Below, piece after piece: positions 12,405 through 25,392 of a stretch of 64,000 nucleotides of DNA. The notes beneath the pieces are model-generated. The model saw only the letters and a list, made by a program, of their open reading frames with translations, was not told the origin of the DNA and did not search any database. The DNA lies in NCBI GenBank assembly GCA_950097015.1, contig CATNEN010000039.1, positions 6,634,001 through 6,698,000 on the forward strand, in the 5' to 3' direction. The first letter of the stretch is position 1; every line of letters begins with the position of its first letter. This DNA comes from Macrostomum hystrix (lineage: Eukaryota; Animalia; Platyhelminthes). Position numbers and translations under genes: made by a program.

Positions 12405-14110
12405 GTCAACTGGGGAGTCATCATCAAAATGGGGATCAAGGTAAACTGGGGGATAATCGTCAACTGGAGGATCTTGGTAAACTGGGGGATAATTGTCAAC
12501 TGGGGGATCATTGTCAACTGGGGGATCGTTGTAAACTGGGGGATAATTGTCAACTGGGGAATCATCATCAAATGGGGGATCATGGTCAACTGGGGGATAA
12601 TTGTCAACTGGGGAATCATCATCAACTGGGGATCATCATCAACTGGGGGATCATCATCAACTGGGGGATCTTTGTCAACTGGGGGATCATTGTGAACTGG
12701 GGGATCTTTGTCAACTGGGGGATCATTGTCAACTGTGGGATCATTGTCAACTGGGGGATCATTGTCAACTGGCGGATCATTTTCAACTGGGGGATCATTG
12801 TCAACTGGGGGTTCATTGTCAACTGGGGGATCATTGTCAACTGGGGGGATCATTGTCAACTGGGTGACCATCATCAACTGGGGGATCATTGTCAACTGGG
12901 GGTTCATTGTCAACTGTGGGATCATTGTCAACCGGCGGGATCATTGTCAACTGGGGGATCATTGTCAACTGGGGGATCATTGTCAACTGTGGGATCATTG
13001 TCAACTGGGTGATCATCATCAACTGGGGGAACATTGTCAACTGGAGGAACATTGTTAACTGGGGATCATCATCAATGGGGAGACTTCATCAACTGGGGGA
13101 TCATTGTGAACTGGGGGATCTTTGTTAACTGGGGGATCATTGTCAACTGGGGGATCATTCTCAACTGGGGGATCATTGTCAACTGGCGGATCATTTTCAA
13201 CTGGGGGATCATCATCAACTGGGGGATCATTGTCAACTGGGGGATCATTGTCAACTGGGGGATCATTGTCAACTGGGGGATCATTGTCAACTGGGTGATC
13301 ATCATCAACTGGGGGATCATTGTCAACTGGAGGAACATTTTCAGCTGGAGGAACATTGTTAACTGGGGATCATCATCAATGGGGAGACTTTATCAACTGG
13401 GGGATCATTGTGAACTGGGGGATCTTTGTTAACTGGGGGATCATTGTCAACTGGGGGATCATTTTCAAATGGGGGATCATCATCAACTGGGGGATCATCA
13501 TCAACTGGGGGATCATTGTGAACTGGGGGATCATTGTCAACTGTGGGATCATTGTCAACTGGGGGATCATTGTCAACTGGGGGATCATTGTCAAATGGGG
13601 ATCATTGTCAACTGGGGGATCGTTGTTAACTGGGGGATCATTTTCAAATGGGGGATCATCATCAACTGGGGGATCATCATCAACTGGGGGATCATTGTGA
13701 ACTGGGGGATCATTGTCAACTGTGGGATCATTGTCAACTGGGGGATCATTGTCAACTGGGGGATCATTGTCAAATGGGGATCATTGTCAACCGGGGGATC
13801 GTTGTCAACTGGGGGATCATTTTCAAATGGGGGATCATCATCAACTGGGGGATCATCATCAACTGGGGGATCATTGTGAACTGGGGGATCTTTGTCAACT
13901 GGGGGATCATTGTCAACTGTGGGATCATTGTCAACTAGGGGATCATTGTCAACTGGGGGATCATTGTCAACTGGGGGATCATTGTCAAATGGGGGATCAT
14001 TGTCAACTGGGGGATCGTTGTCAACTGGGGGTTCATTGTCAACTGGGGGTTCATTGTCAACTGGGGGATCATTGTCAACTGTGGGATCATTGTCAACTGG
14101 GGGATCATTG
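12405..14110. repeat. 18-bp minisatellite (gggggatcattgtcaact), block 2
   Basis: Same unit and variant landmarks as 6548-10204. Confidence 0.97.
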
Positions 14111-14520
14111 TAGCTTTAAAAAGCTGTAAATTCAGCTGCTAAAAAGTATATACTAGACGAATTAAAAGTATTTCTGCTCCCCGAAGGGGGGCAAAACTTG
14201 CTAGTAAATCCTCTAAAATTCATGATAAAATTTCAATTTTCAATTTTATGTTCTGATATCTTTCTTAACAGCAATATTGCATTAAGTTTGGTGTGTAAAT
14301 ACATTTAAGAAACTCATATCAAACTCTTTTGTCCATGGCAACTTAAAATCTGCCATCAAGTCGAAACGGAAAATCTACCTGCTACAATTCAGCAGCCAAT
14401 TAAGCGTTCCGCGGTGCCATCAATATAAGATGCACTGCCTAGGTAGGTTACACTGCCATAATAATCCTGAAAGAATAGGCTTAGAAATTCGCTTCCTAGC
14501 AATCAACACTTGCAAGGGCC

Positions 14521-17500
14521 ATGAATTGCATCTTGAGCTGGCAATTCTTAGTCCTGGCTGCTTCTATGGCACTGCTCACACCTGAGGTTACTGCCAGTCC
14601 TGGCTGCGTCTCTGTCTCGAGTGAGTCGATAGCACTCTTTGTTTAAACTCGCGCATCTCATTGAGGCATTGCACATTAGCTTAATTAATGGCAGTTGAGA
14701 ATGCACTCAGGTACTCATATGTCTTTCAAATAATGAGAGACAGCATGTTTCTAAGGAACTCAAGTTGGATACTTCATATATCATGTGTAAGTAGTGCATA
14801 ATAATCAATTAAATTATAAGTACAGCTTGAATTGATAAAGTACCACTAGCCCTACGTTTTCAAAGTAAAATTTCAGACAATGATCACAATTTCAAGTTTC
14901 TAACAACAAAAGACAAATCAAATAATTTACCAGCAAAAAATCATAGTCGTCAGATAATAATAGAAAAAATTAACATAACGACATGAAGGTCGGGGGTTCG
15001 ACTCCTAACTACACTGCAATAGCTGCGGCTGTGCTGTCGGCTGCACATCTGGCCCAATTAGACAGGTGTTAACAATTATTAGTAAAATTATAAACTAGTC
15101 GCCACCTTAACCCACTAACAAGCATCCTGTTCTCTAATCCTTCTGTCAAGTCCCCCACCGGTAAAGCGTTTGTGTACCGATGATCAGATACTAAAGTTAC
15201 ACCTGTCATCACAAAACACCCACTGCACCCTCAGTGCAATTCGAGCCATTTGACCCCGCCTGTCCACCGAGTCCCAGTGGGGCTATCAACTTCTCAGTTG
15301 AGCTGCACGCTGACAGCAGCTTGTCCTGCGCCCTGCAATGCGCTGTGAGGGCTCTATGCGGCTACTTTCGCTTCGACTTGAACAACATCTGCAGCCTCTC
15401 AAACAGAGCCTTGGGAATGACTCACAGGAAGCACGGTGAGCTTTTCATGGAAGATAAAATCCATTTTCCCTGAGAAAGGCCCTTGAGTATCAACACCCAA
15501 GTGTATCAGTTTATACAGACTGCAATGGCGACAGATCAAAGTTAGGTAACCTGCTATGCAATAATTAAATGAGAACCAATTTAGGAATCGCAGCTAGAAT
15601 CAATGTTGGAATCGTAGCTACAATCAATTTAGGAATCGCAGCTAGAATCAATGTTGGAATCGTAGCTACAATCAATTTAGGAATCGCAGCTACAATCAAT
15701 GTTGGAATCGTAGATACAATCAATGTTGGAATCGCAGCTACAATCAATGTTGGAATCGTAGATACAATCAATTTAGGAATCGTAGCTAGAATCAATTTAG
15801 GAATCGCAGCTACAATCAATTTAGGAATCGTAGCTAGAATCAATTTAGGAATCGTAGCTAGAATCAATTTAGAAATCGTAGCTACAATCAATTTAGGAAT
15901 CGTAGCTAGAATCAATTAAGGAATCGCAGCTAGAATCAATGTTGGAATCGTAGCTACAATCAATTTAGGAATCGCAGCTACAATCAATTTAGGAATCGTA
16001 GCTAGAATCAATTTAGGAATCGCAGCTAGAATCAATTTAGGAATCGTAGCTAGAATCAATTTATGAATCGCAGCTAGAATCAATTTAGGAATCGTAGCTA
16101 GAATCAATTTAGGAATCGTAGCTAGAATCAATTTAGAAATCGTAGCTAGAATCAATTTAGAAATCGCAGCTAGAGTCAAAATCAGGAATCGTAGCTAGAA
16201 TCAGTTCAGGAGTCGTAGCTAGAATCAATTCAGGAATCGCAGCTAGAACCAGTTTAGGAATCGCAGCTAGAATCAGTTCAGGAATCGCAGCTAAAAGCAA
16301 TTCAGGAATCGCAGCTAGAATCAGTTCAGGAATCGCAGCTAAAAGCAATTCAGGAATCCCAGCTAGAATCAATTGAATCTGATATCTACCTGGTATTTTA
16401 CTTTCAATGCATTTTTCTAGACCCACGGCTGCCCGCCTGCCGCAGAGTCTGCCGCGGCTCAAGGCTGTTTTGTGTGGTACAGCAGCGTCTGACAAACACC
16501 GTCAACTTCACGAGGCCCTGGTCGAATTATGAGCTCGGCTTTGGCGACGATGTGAACTTTTGGATCGGTCAGTCAGCCCGATGGGGAGTTACTGCCAGTG
16601 TGCTCAGAGTGTTGGTAGAGCTTGGTAGAGAAAAAAGTTTAGGAGGCTGCTTTTCGCTAAAAAATACACTACGGAAATAGGAAAATTTCATGTTTTCACA
16701 ATTCGACCCCTATTGTGTTTCGTTGGAAGCAGATCCAAAGCTCTACTTTTCATATAACTTAACTAACATGTCAAACACAGTCACTGAATTTGTGCTGGAA
16801 AAAATTTTAACTTTCCCAGCTCCATAGTTATATTTTTCGGCGAAATCCAGCTTCCTAAACATTTTCTAAGAAACGTAGTTTCCCGTCCAACTGCTTCTAG
16901 TGGCCCTTAAATAATTGCTGAATAATGAGGCAACAGTCGTGCAAGTTGCCACACACAATAGGACCTTGTATCACATGAGAAAAGCAGCAGCGATAAAAAA
17001 CCGATTCTTTCTGCGTAATTTCTCGGCTTAAAAGCATTTTCCACATCTCAACAAGTCTAGCTGGCTGGTGAACCCGGGTGTAGACCTACTGACAAAGTGC
17101 ATTTTGAAAACTGCTGCCACATCAGGAAGCTTGCGAGCTGGAAATTTGTCTTCTGTTTGCTGAATGCCCACGTCCAACCATCCCACACAGCTCCCTATGT
17201 TTGCCAATACCTTTGGAAACGTCCGTGTTTGACAGTGCCGGGATGACTATGCATTTTCCGATTCAAGTAGCATAATTGATTACTGGGACAGGTTCTGTTA
17301 GTCAGGAATAACCGGATATGCATTAGTGAAGCTGTGCTCAGGCTTTTCAGAACATTGTGAGGGAGTGAGCTTTTCCAGGACATTTTTGTCAGGACATTTA
17401 CACTACCTGGCCTATTAATAGACTGATCTTCATTACTGTTTTCTCAACAGGTCTCCAAGTGCTCAACCAGCTCACTACTCAGTCGAAGGGGCAGATTTTA

Positions 17501-17884
17501 AGGGCCGAAATCTACAACTGGTCGAATGCTCTGCACGTGGCCGAGTATGCAGGCTTTGTCGTGGGTGAGGCCGCCGAGAAGTACGCCATGAACTATACCG
17601 CCTTTCTCAGCGCCAGTTCCAACACCAGCGGTGACTCACTAGGACTCAACAGGGGAAGAAGATTCTCCACTACAGACAGGGATAATGATGACTTCGGCAG
17701 CTCCTGCAGCAACGCCTACCATGGCGGGGCTGGCTGGTGGTTTGGAGGCTGCAGCAACGTGAACCCGAACGGCTTGATGACGGCATCCGAGGTGGTCGAC
17801 TGCCCGAAGTGCATTCACTGGTTTGACGTTCACAGGAATAAAAACTCGCTGAAGGCCGTCCGACTTCTTCTTCAGCTGCCGTGA
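14521..17884 (+). CDS. Secreted PAN/apple-like + fibrinogen C-terminal domain protein (FReD), ~293 aa
   Basis: Exons 14521-14620 (signal peptide MNCILSWQFLVLAASMALL..), 15235-15435 (SCALQCAVRALCGYFRF..CSL), 16421-16567 (VVQQRL..NFTRPWSNYELGFGDDVNFWIG), 17451-17884 (FSTTDRDND..GAGWWFGGC..NPNG). All introns phase 1. TATA-like tataaga near 14424. Confidence 0.88.
15578..16372. repeat. 24-bp minisatellite (aatttaggaatcgyagctagaatc), intronic
   Basis: About 33 units. Confidence 0.95.
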
Positions 17885-18204
17885 ATTTTCAGCGCAGCCG
17901 CAGCTGTTGTTCGGCGAATCCAAAGACTGTACAGCTGCTCAGTCCATAGACTGGGGGTAGGGGCGACATTCCATCAGAATTTTCAGGAAAGGGCAAATTA
18001 TTGAAATAAATTAAATATGAGTGAACTTCAAATCTTCTGAATTTCGATTTCCAGACAAGACTAATTTAAAACGTTTCAAACTTAACTGTTCAGAACTACA
18101 ATGGGACACTGGTGTCTTGAAAGTTTAATATGGCCATTGTAATTTGATATTCAGAAATCAAAAGCGACTCTGACAACGACAACAACGCAACTCTCTTGGC
18201 ACAG

Positions 18205-20670
18205 CTGGAGAAACAGTAGCTAGAATCACAACAGAAACAGTAGCTAGAATCACAACAGAAGCAGTAGCTAGAATCACAACAGAAACAGTAGCTAGAATCA
18301 CTACAGAAACAGTAGCTAGAATCACAACAGAAACAGTAGCTAGAATCACAACAGAAACAGTAGCTAGAATCACAACAGAAACAGTAGCTAGAATCACAAC
18401 AGAAACAGTAGCTAGAATCACAACAGAAACAGTAGCTAGAATCACAACAGAAACAGTAGCTAGAATCACAACAGAAACAGTAGCTAGAATCACTACAGAA
18501 ACAGAAGCTAGAATCACAACAGAAACAGAAGCTAGAATCACAACAGAAACAGAAGCTAGAATCACAACAGAAACAGTAGCTAGAATCACTACAGAAACGG
18601 TAGCTAGAATCAAAACAGAAACAGAAGCTAGAATCACTACAGAAACGGTGGCTAGAATCACAACAGAAACCGTAGATAGAATCACAACAGAAACCGTAGC
18701 TAGAATCACAACAGAAACAGTAGCTAGAATCACAACAGAAACAGTAGCTAGAATCACAACAGAAACAGAAGCTAGAATCACTACAGAAACAGAAGCTAGA
18801 ATCACAACAGAAACAGTAGCTAGAATCACAACAGAAACAGAAGCTAGAATCACTACAGAAACAGTAGCTAGAATCACTACAGAAACGGTAGCTAGAATCA
18901 AAACAGAAACAGAAGCTAGAATCACTACAGAAACGGTGGCTAGAATCACAACAGAAACCGTAGATAGAATCACAACAGAAACCGTAGCTAGAATCACTAC
19001 AGAAACAGTAGCTAGAATCACAACAGAAACAGTAGCTAGAATCACAACAGAAACAGAAGCTAGAATCACTACAGAAACAGAAGCTAGAATCACAACAGAA
19101 ACAGAAGCTAGAATCACTACAGAAACGGTGGCTAGAATCACAACAGAAACAGTAGCTAGAATCACAACAGAAACAGTAGCTAGAATCACAACAGAAACAG
19201 TAGCTAGAATCACAACAGAAACAGTAGCTAGAATCACAACAGAAACAGAAGCTAGAATCACAACAGAAACAGTAGCTAGAATCCCAAAAGAAACAGTAGC
19301 TAGAATCACAACAGAAACAGTAGCTAGAATCACAACAGAAACAGTAGCTAGAATCACAACAGAAACAGTAGCTAGAATCACAACAGAAACAGTAGCTAGA
19401 ATCACAACAGAAACAGCAGCTAGAATCACAACAGAAACAGTAGCTAGAATCACAACAGAAACAGTAGCTAGATTCACTACAGAAACAGTAGCTAGAATCA
19501 CAACAGAAACAGTAGCTAGAATCACAACAGAAACAGTAGCTAGAATCACAACAGAAACAGCAGCTAGAATCACAACAGAAACAGTAGCTAGAATCACAAC
19601 AGAAACAGTAGCTAGAATCACAACAGAAACAGTAGCTAGAATCACAACAGAAACAGTAGCTAGAATCACAACAGAAACAGTAGCTAGAATCACAACAGAA
19701 ACAGTAGCTAGAATCACAACAGAAACAGCAGCTAGAATCACAACAGAAACAGTAGCTAGAATCACAACAGAAACAGTAGCTAGAATCACAACAGAAACAG
19801 TAGCTAGAATCCCAACAGAAACAGTAGCTAGAATCACAACAGAAACAGTAGCTAGAATCACAACAGAAACAGTAGCTAGAATCACAACAGAAACAGTAGC
19901 TAGAATCACAACAGAAACAGTAGCTAGAATCACAACAGAAACAGTAGCTAGAATCACAACAGAAACAGTAGCTAGAATCACAACAGAAACAGTAGCTAGA
20001 ATCACTACAGAAACAGTAGCTAGAATCACAACAGAAACAGTAGCTAGAATCACAACAGAAACAGTAGCTAGAATCACAACAGAAACAGTAGCTAGAATCA
20101 CTACAGAAACAGAAGCTAGAATCACAACAGAAACAGTAGCTAGAATCACAACAGAAACAGAAGCTAGAATCACTACAGAAACAGTAGCTAGAATCACAAC
20201 AGAAACAGTAGCTAGAATCACAACAGAAACAGTAGCTAGAATCACAACAGAAACAGTAGCTAGAATCACTACAGAAACAGAAGCTAGAATCACTACAGAA
20301 ACAGTAGCTAGAATCACAACAGAAACAGAAGCCAGAATCACAACAGAAACAGTAGCTAGAATCACTACAGAAACAGTAGCTAGAATCACAACAGAAACAG
20401 TAGCTAGAATCACAACAGAAACAGAAGCTAGAATCACTACAGAAACAGAAGCTAGAATCACAACAGAAACAGAAGCTAGAATCACTACAGAAACGGTGGC
20501 TAGAATCACAACAGAAACCGTAGTTTGAATCACAACAGAAACAGTAGCTAGAATCACAACAGAAACAGTAGCTAGAATCACAACAGAAACAGAAGCTAGA
20601 ATCACAACAGAAACAGTAGCTAGAATCACAACAGAAACAGTAGCTAGAATCACAACAGAAACAGTAGTTT
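18205..20670. repeat. 24-bp minisatellite (acaacagaaacagtagctagaatc)
   Basis: About 100 units; source of the ARITTETV and VVILATVS ORFs. Confidence 0.97.
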
Positions 20671-20862
20671 GAATTGTAGCAAGAACTTTAAATTTAATAT
20701 TAGCTACAAGCGTATGGAAACTTTCTGACTAATCTGTTTTGACAGATTTTGTTAATCAGTTAAACAACAAATAATCTAGATATAATGCCCATGCTGACAT
20801 CATTAGCCATCTAGACTACTAGAAGTAGTAGTTGGCCTCTTATCATGGCTGCTCTGGAGGCG

Positions 20863-20869
20863 TATAAAA
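20863..20869 (+). promoter_or_regulatory. TATA box of the neuropeptide gene
   Basis: tataaaa about 90 bp upstream of ATG 20957. Confidence 0.55.
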
Positions 20870-20956
20870 TGGCACACAGGCTCGTCCAACAAGTCCGCGC
20901 GGTGCAACGGGTCCAACAGATCCAGAGAAAGCCTTACCCCAGTGAATCTGACTAGA

Positions 20957-21368
20957 ATGGCTGTGAAATTGTTCGCTAGCCTTGCCGTTGCACTTCTTCT
21001 GACTGTCGTTGCCGATGTCAGCAATGGCCTGAGACTGCAGAAGGACGCCAAAGTAAGTAGCTTGCGGCTCCTGTTGCTAGGGTACTCCTAAAAGCCAGAA
21101 ATATCCTACAAAGCCTCTTGTTTTGTAGACCGAGTCGCTGCCAGAGGTCGACGTCGCTCTGGCCGAGATGCGGCTGCCAGCGGCGCAGCAGCGCGAGGCC
21201 CAGCAGATGCTGCAACAGGCCAGGGATGTCATGGTGACTGGGGCCTCGCGCCTGAAGCGGGTCGAGAGTTCGAAGCCGACTGAGAAACAAATCGGCGAGG
21301 TGGACACCAGCTGCCTGTTCCACCCGGTTTCCTGCTATGGCAAGGTGATATCGTTTGATGAAGAATAG
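20957..21368 (+). CDS. Allatostatin-C/somatostatin-like neuropeptide precursor (111 aa)
   Basis: Exons 20957-21052 (signal peptide MAVKLFASLAVALLLTVVADVSNG) and 21129-21368, phase-0 intron gtaagt..ttgtag. KR site, then ..DTSCLFHPVSCY-GK: C-x6-C resembling AstC CYFNPISCF, with a Gly-Lys amidation signal. Confidence 0.85.
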
Positions 21369-21639
21369 AGCATCGAGCGAAAACTGATGCTTAACTAAAA
21401 CGGTTTTTAGTCAACGTCTCTAACGGTCTCTGAAATAGCTTTTTCTATCTTCTTAAAATGAGATAATTTCGAGCATAAAAAAGATCTAAATATACTTGCA
21501 AAACATTTTAAAAGCGACCTCGGAAGTGGCTGCTCGGCAATTGTTTCAGTGAAGATTTTATGCGTTAATTGTTTCAGTTCAGTGACGAAAATTTATTTAT
21601 ATGAAATTGTAAGAAGCTCTTGAGCTTGGAAACAGAGAA

Positions 21640-22250
21640 ACGATCCAGCTGCGATTCTGCTTGACGATCCAGCTGCGATTCTACTTGACAATCCAGCTGC
21701 GATTTTACTTGACGATCCAGCTGCGATTCTGCTTGACGATCCAGCTGCGATTCTACTTGACGATCCACTGCGATTCTGCTTGACGATCCAGCTGCGATTC
21801 TGCTTGACGATCCACTGCGATTCTGCTTGACGATCCAGCTGCGATTCTACTTGACGATCCAGCTGCGATTCTACTTGACGATCCACCTGCGATTCTGCCT
21901 AAGATCCAGCTGCGATTCTACTTGACGATCCAGCTGCGATTCTACTTGACGATCCAGCTGCGATTCTGCTTGACGATCCAGCTGCGATTCTACTTGACGA
22001 TCCAGCTGCGATTCTGATTGACGATCCAGCTGCGATTCTGATTGACGATCCAGCTGCGATTCTGCTTGACGATCCAGCTGCGATTCTGCTTGACGATCCA
22101 CTGCGATTCTGCTTGACGATCCAGCTGCGATTCTACTTGACGATCCAGCTGCGATTCTACTTGACGATCCAGCTGCGATTCTACTTGACGATCCAGCTGC
22201 GATTCTGCTTGATGAACTAGCTGCGATTCTACTTGACGATCCAGCTTGGG
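21640..22250. repeat. 24-bp minisatellite (gatccagctgcgattctrcttgac)
   Basis: About 25 units. Confidence 0.95.
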
Positions 22251-22439
22251 TTTTACGAGAAATCAGCTTGGGTTATAAACGGCTTTTCGACAAAGATTGA
22301 CATGTGTTTTACTATGGTTCTAAGAAACTCTTCAACAAACATTCTAAGAAACCCTTTTGAATTGCACGTGTGATTCTTCGCAACGATTTCAGCTCAAGAT
22401 CCAGCTGCGATTCTACTTGAGAATTTAGCTGCTTTTTAC

Positions 22440-23876
22440 CTGAGGATTGAGCTGCGATTCTACCTGAGGATCCAGTAGCCATTCCACCGGAGGATCCAGT
22501 AGCCATTCCACCTGAGGAACCAGTAGACATTCCACCTGAGGATCCAGTAGCCATTCTACCTGAGGAACCAGTAGCCATTCCACCGGAGGATCCAGTAGCC
22601 ATTCCACCTGAGGATCTAGCTACCATTCCACCTGAGGATCCAGTAGACATTCTACCTGAGGAACCAGTAGCCATTCCACCGGAGGATCCAGTAGCCATTC
22701 CACCTGAGGAACCAGTAGACATTCCACCTGAGGATCCAGTAGCCATTCCACCAGAGGAACCAGTAGACATTCCACCGGAGGATCCAGTAGCCATTCCACC
22801 TGAGGAACCAGTAGACATTCCACCTGAGGATCCAGTAGCCATTCTACCTGGGGAATCAGTAGCCATTCCACCGGAGGATCCAGTAGCCATTCCACCTGAG
22901 GAACCAGCAGACATTCCACCTGAGGATCCAGTAGCCATTCTACCTGAGGATCCAGTAGCCATTCCACCGGAGGATCTAGCTACCATTCCACCTGAGGATC
23001 CAGTAGCCATTTCATCTGAGGATCCAGTAGCCATTCCACCTGAGGATCTAGCTACCATTCCACCTGAGGATTCAGTAGCCATTCCACCTGAGGATCTAGC
23101 TACCATTCCACCTGAGGATCCAGTAGCCATTCCACCTGAGGATCCAGTAGCCATTTCACCTGAGGATCCAGTAGCCATTCCACCGGAGGATCCAGTAGCC
23201 ATTCCACCTGAGGAACCAGTAGACATTCCACCTGAAGATCCAGTAGCCATTCCACCAGAGGAACCAGTAGACATTCCACCTGAGGATCCAGTAGCCATTC
23301 CACCTGAGGAACCAGTAGACATTCCACCTGAGGATCCAGTAGCCATTCTACCTGGGGAACCAGTAGCCATTCCACCGGAGGATCTAGCTGCCATTCCACC
23401 TGAGGATCCAGTAGCCATTCCACCTGAGGATCTAGCTACCATTCCACCTGAGGATCCAGTAGCCATTCCACCTGAGGATCTAGCTACCATTCCACCTGAG
23501 GATCCAGTAGCCATTCCACCTGAGGATCCAGTAGCCATTTCACCTGAGGATCCAGTAGCCATTCCACCTGAGGATCCAGTAGCCATTTCACCTGAGGATC
23601 TAGCTGCCATTCCACCTGAGGATCCAGTAGCCATTCCACCTGAGGATCCAGTAGCCATTTCACCTGAGGATCCAGTAGCCATTCCACCTGAGGATCTAGC
23701 TACCATTCCACCTGAGGATCCAGTAGCCATTCCACCTGAGGATCTAGCTGCCATTCCACCTGAGGATCCAGTAGCCATTCCACCTGAGGATCTAGCTGCC
23801 ATTCCACCTGAGGATCCAGTAGCCATTCCACCTGAGGATCTAGCTGCCATTCCACCGGAGGATCTAGCTACCATTA
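22440..23876. repeat. 24-bp minisatellite (ccacctgaggatccagtagccatt)
   Basis: About 59 units; source of the MATGSSGG ORF. Confidence 0.95.
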
Positions 23877-24439
23877 TAGAATAAGGAAAAACTATTCTAT
23901 GCTACAAGGGCTGGTAGAAATGTTTAAATCAGAAGAAATTTACCTGCCCACACATTACATGCTCACCAACTAAGAGGTTGGCAAGCAGGAGAAATTCAGC
24001 ATAAGGTCGGAATAAGCCCTCATTTTGTGACGTGGCTTCTAAATTTGGGGATTCCAAGTCGCGACAGTCGCGGCAGTCGTGTGGCAAAGACGGGCGCTAT
24101 AAAGATGAGCTTTCTAGAATCGACAATGGGCTTAGGAAAGCATCAGACCCATCGCAGGAACCACGGGACTTGCCTAGCGTCTTTAGCACCTGACAGGAGG
24201 GGTGTCCAGTTGACATGTTTTCATCAGCAACCAAGCTCGGGACGCTGCAGCTAAGTGATCCGATTGCAATAAATGCATGCGCGAAACAACGGGATTTGGG
24301 CTAATCTCTTGTTACGATTTTAATGCCTAAATGCCTCTTTGCTGCTTAATCTCCTTGCAATTTGGCAACAGGCAGTTGGTCATATGTGTAAGAGTCTACG
24401 CATTGGGGAATAGAAAAGGGCTTCGCTATTGATTGGAGG

Positions 24440-24720
24440 CTGAGTGGCAGACCGGTCTATCGCGTTTGCCTCTCGCACTAAGGTCCCTGAGCTCAATTCC
24501 GCGGCGAGGCCACAGAGAGGGGCGCAGCAGCGGAGAGAAGAGGACAATGGGAAAATCAGGGCAGATGTACGCCGCTGTGTGCCTGCGTACCTAGATCAAC
24601 AGGGTATAAAAGTCAGCGAAATGAACAGATTTGTCTCCTCGCTGGTTGCGGGTCTGGTGTCACCAAATGGTGTACTATAGTCCGCAGCCCTCCTGCAATT
24701 ATTTTTGCAATTACAATAAT
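24440..24720 (+). mobile_element. Degenerate tRNA-derived SINE (family 1)
   Basis: gtggcagaccggtct..gctcaattccgcggcgaggccaca..gtcagcgaaatg..cagccctcctgcaattatt, with internal deletions relative to 34267-34632. Confidence 0.8.
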
Positions 24721-25211
24721 AAATGTCTAGCTTACACTTTCTTTACCAAGGATCTAACCACTAGGCCACAACCCTTCAAGCATGAATATCGCAAATTATC
24801 CCAAATATGGCTATTTGAAATGGAGCACTGTTCGAGCTTAGGACCGTTGAACAATTTCACAAAATTTCCGCGAGAACAGCTTCTGCTTATTAGTTTTAAT
24901 TTTTTATTAGGTATTTTTGTAGCGTGCACGAGGGGCTTTTAGGGACAAACGTTTTCACAGTCTCCATAATCAACAATCTAATAACTTTAATATTCCCAAA
25001 GAGATCGTGAAAAAGGGTCCTCGCCTCTCCAAAAATCTGTCTTTAAATTCTAAATTCTCTACTTTATTCTTTAAGTACATATTCCAGAAAAAGTACTTAA
25101 AATGGGTCACTATAATTCCCAGTTGTATTCTGTACTGTTCTAGGACAAACATTATCGAAGCCTCCATAATAACTTTATTCTTGCAAAGAGATCAGGAAAA
25201 AGGGTACCTTT

Positions 25212-25392
25212 CTAGACTAATCTTGCTTACCGTTTCCTCAACAGATCTCCAACTGCTCAACCAGCTCACTACTCAGTCAAAAGGGCTGATTTTAAGGGCC
25301 GAAATCTACAACTGGTCGTTGGTAAGGCCGCCGAGAAGTACACCATGAACTATACCGCCTTTCTCAGCGCCACTTCCAACACCAGCGGTGAC
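25212..25392 (+). pseudogene. Fragment of FReD exon 4 (paralogue of ~17419-17636)
   Basis: Same acceptor and LNQLTTQSKG.ILRAEIYNWS sequence, with substitutions and an internal deletion. Fused directly to the 24-bp array. Confidence 0.85.

Larger units (their letters stand above)
10300..14204 (+). mobile_element. Full-length non-autonomous Helitron-like element (~3.9 kb)
   Basis: Starts TC (TCCACTATACTAAAAATGAAA), then (GCTT)n and ..aacggctcaaccaattttc... Ends with hairpin 14176-14192 and CTAG 14201-14204, followed by T. No TSD. Interior is 23-bp and 18-bp arrays. Confidence 0.75.

Noticed and set aside
6419-14129. Dozens of WGIIVN / QLGDHC / STGGSL ORFs
   Set aside because: Translations of the 18-bp minisatellite in all frames, broken by indels.
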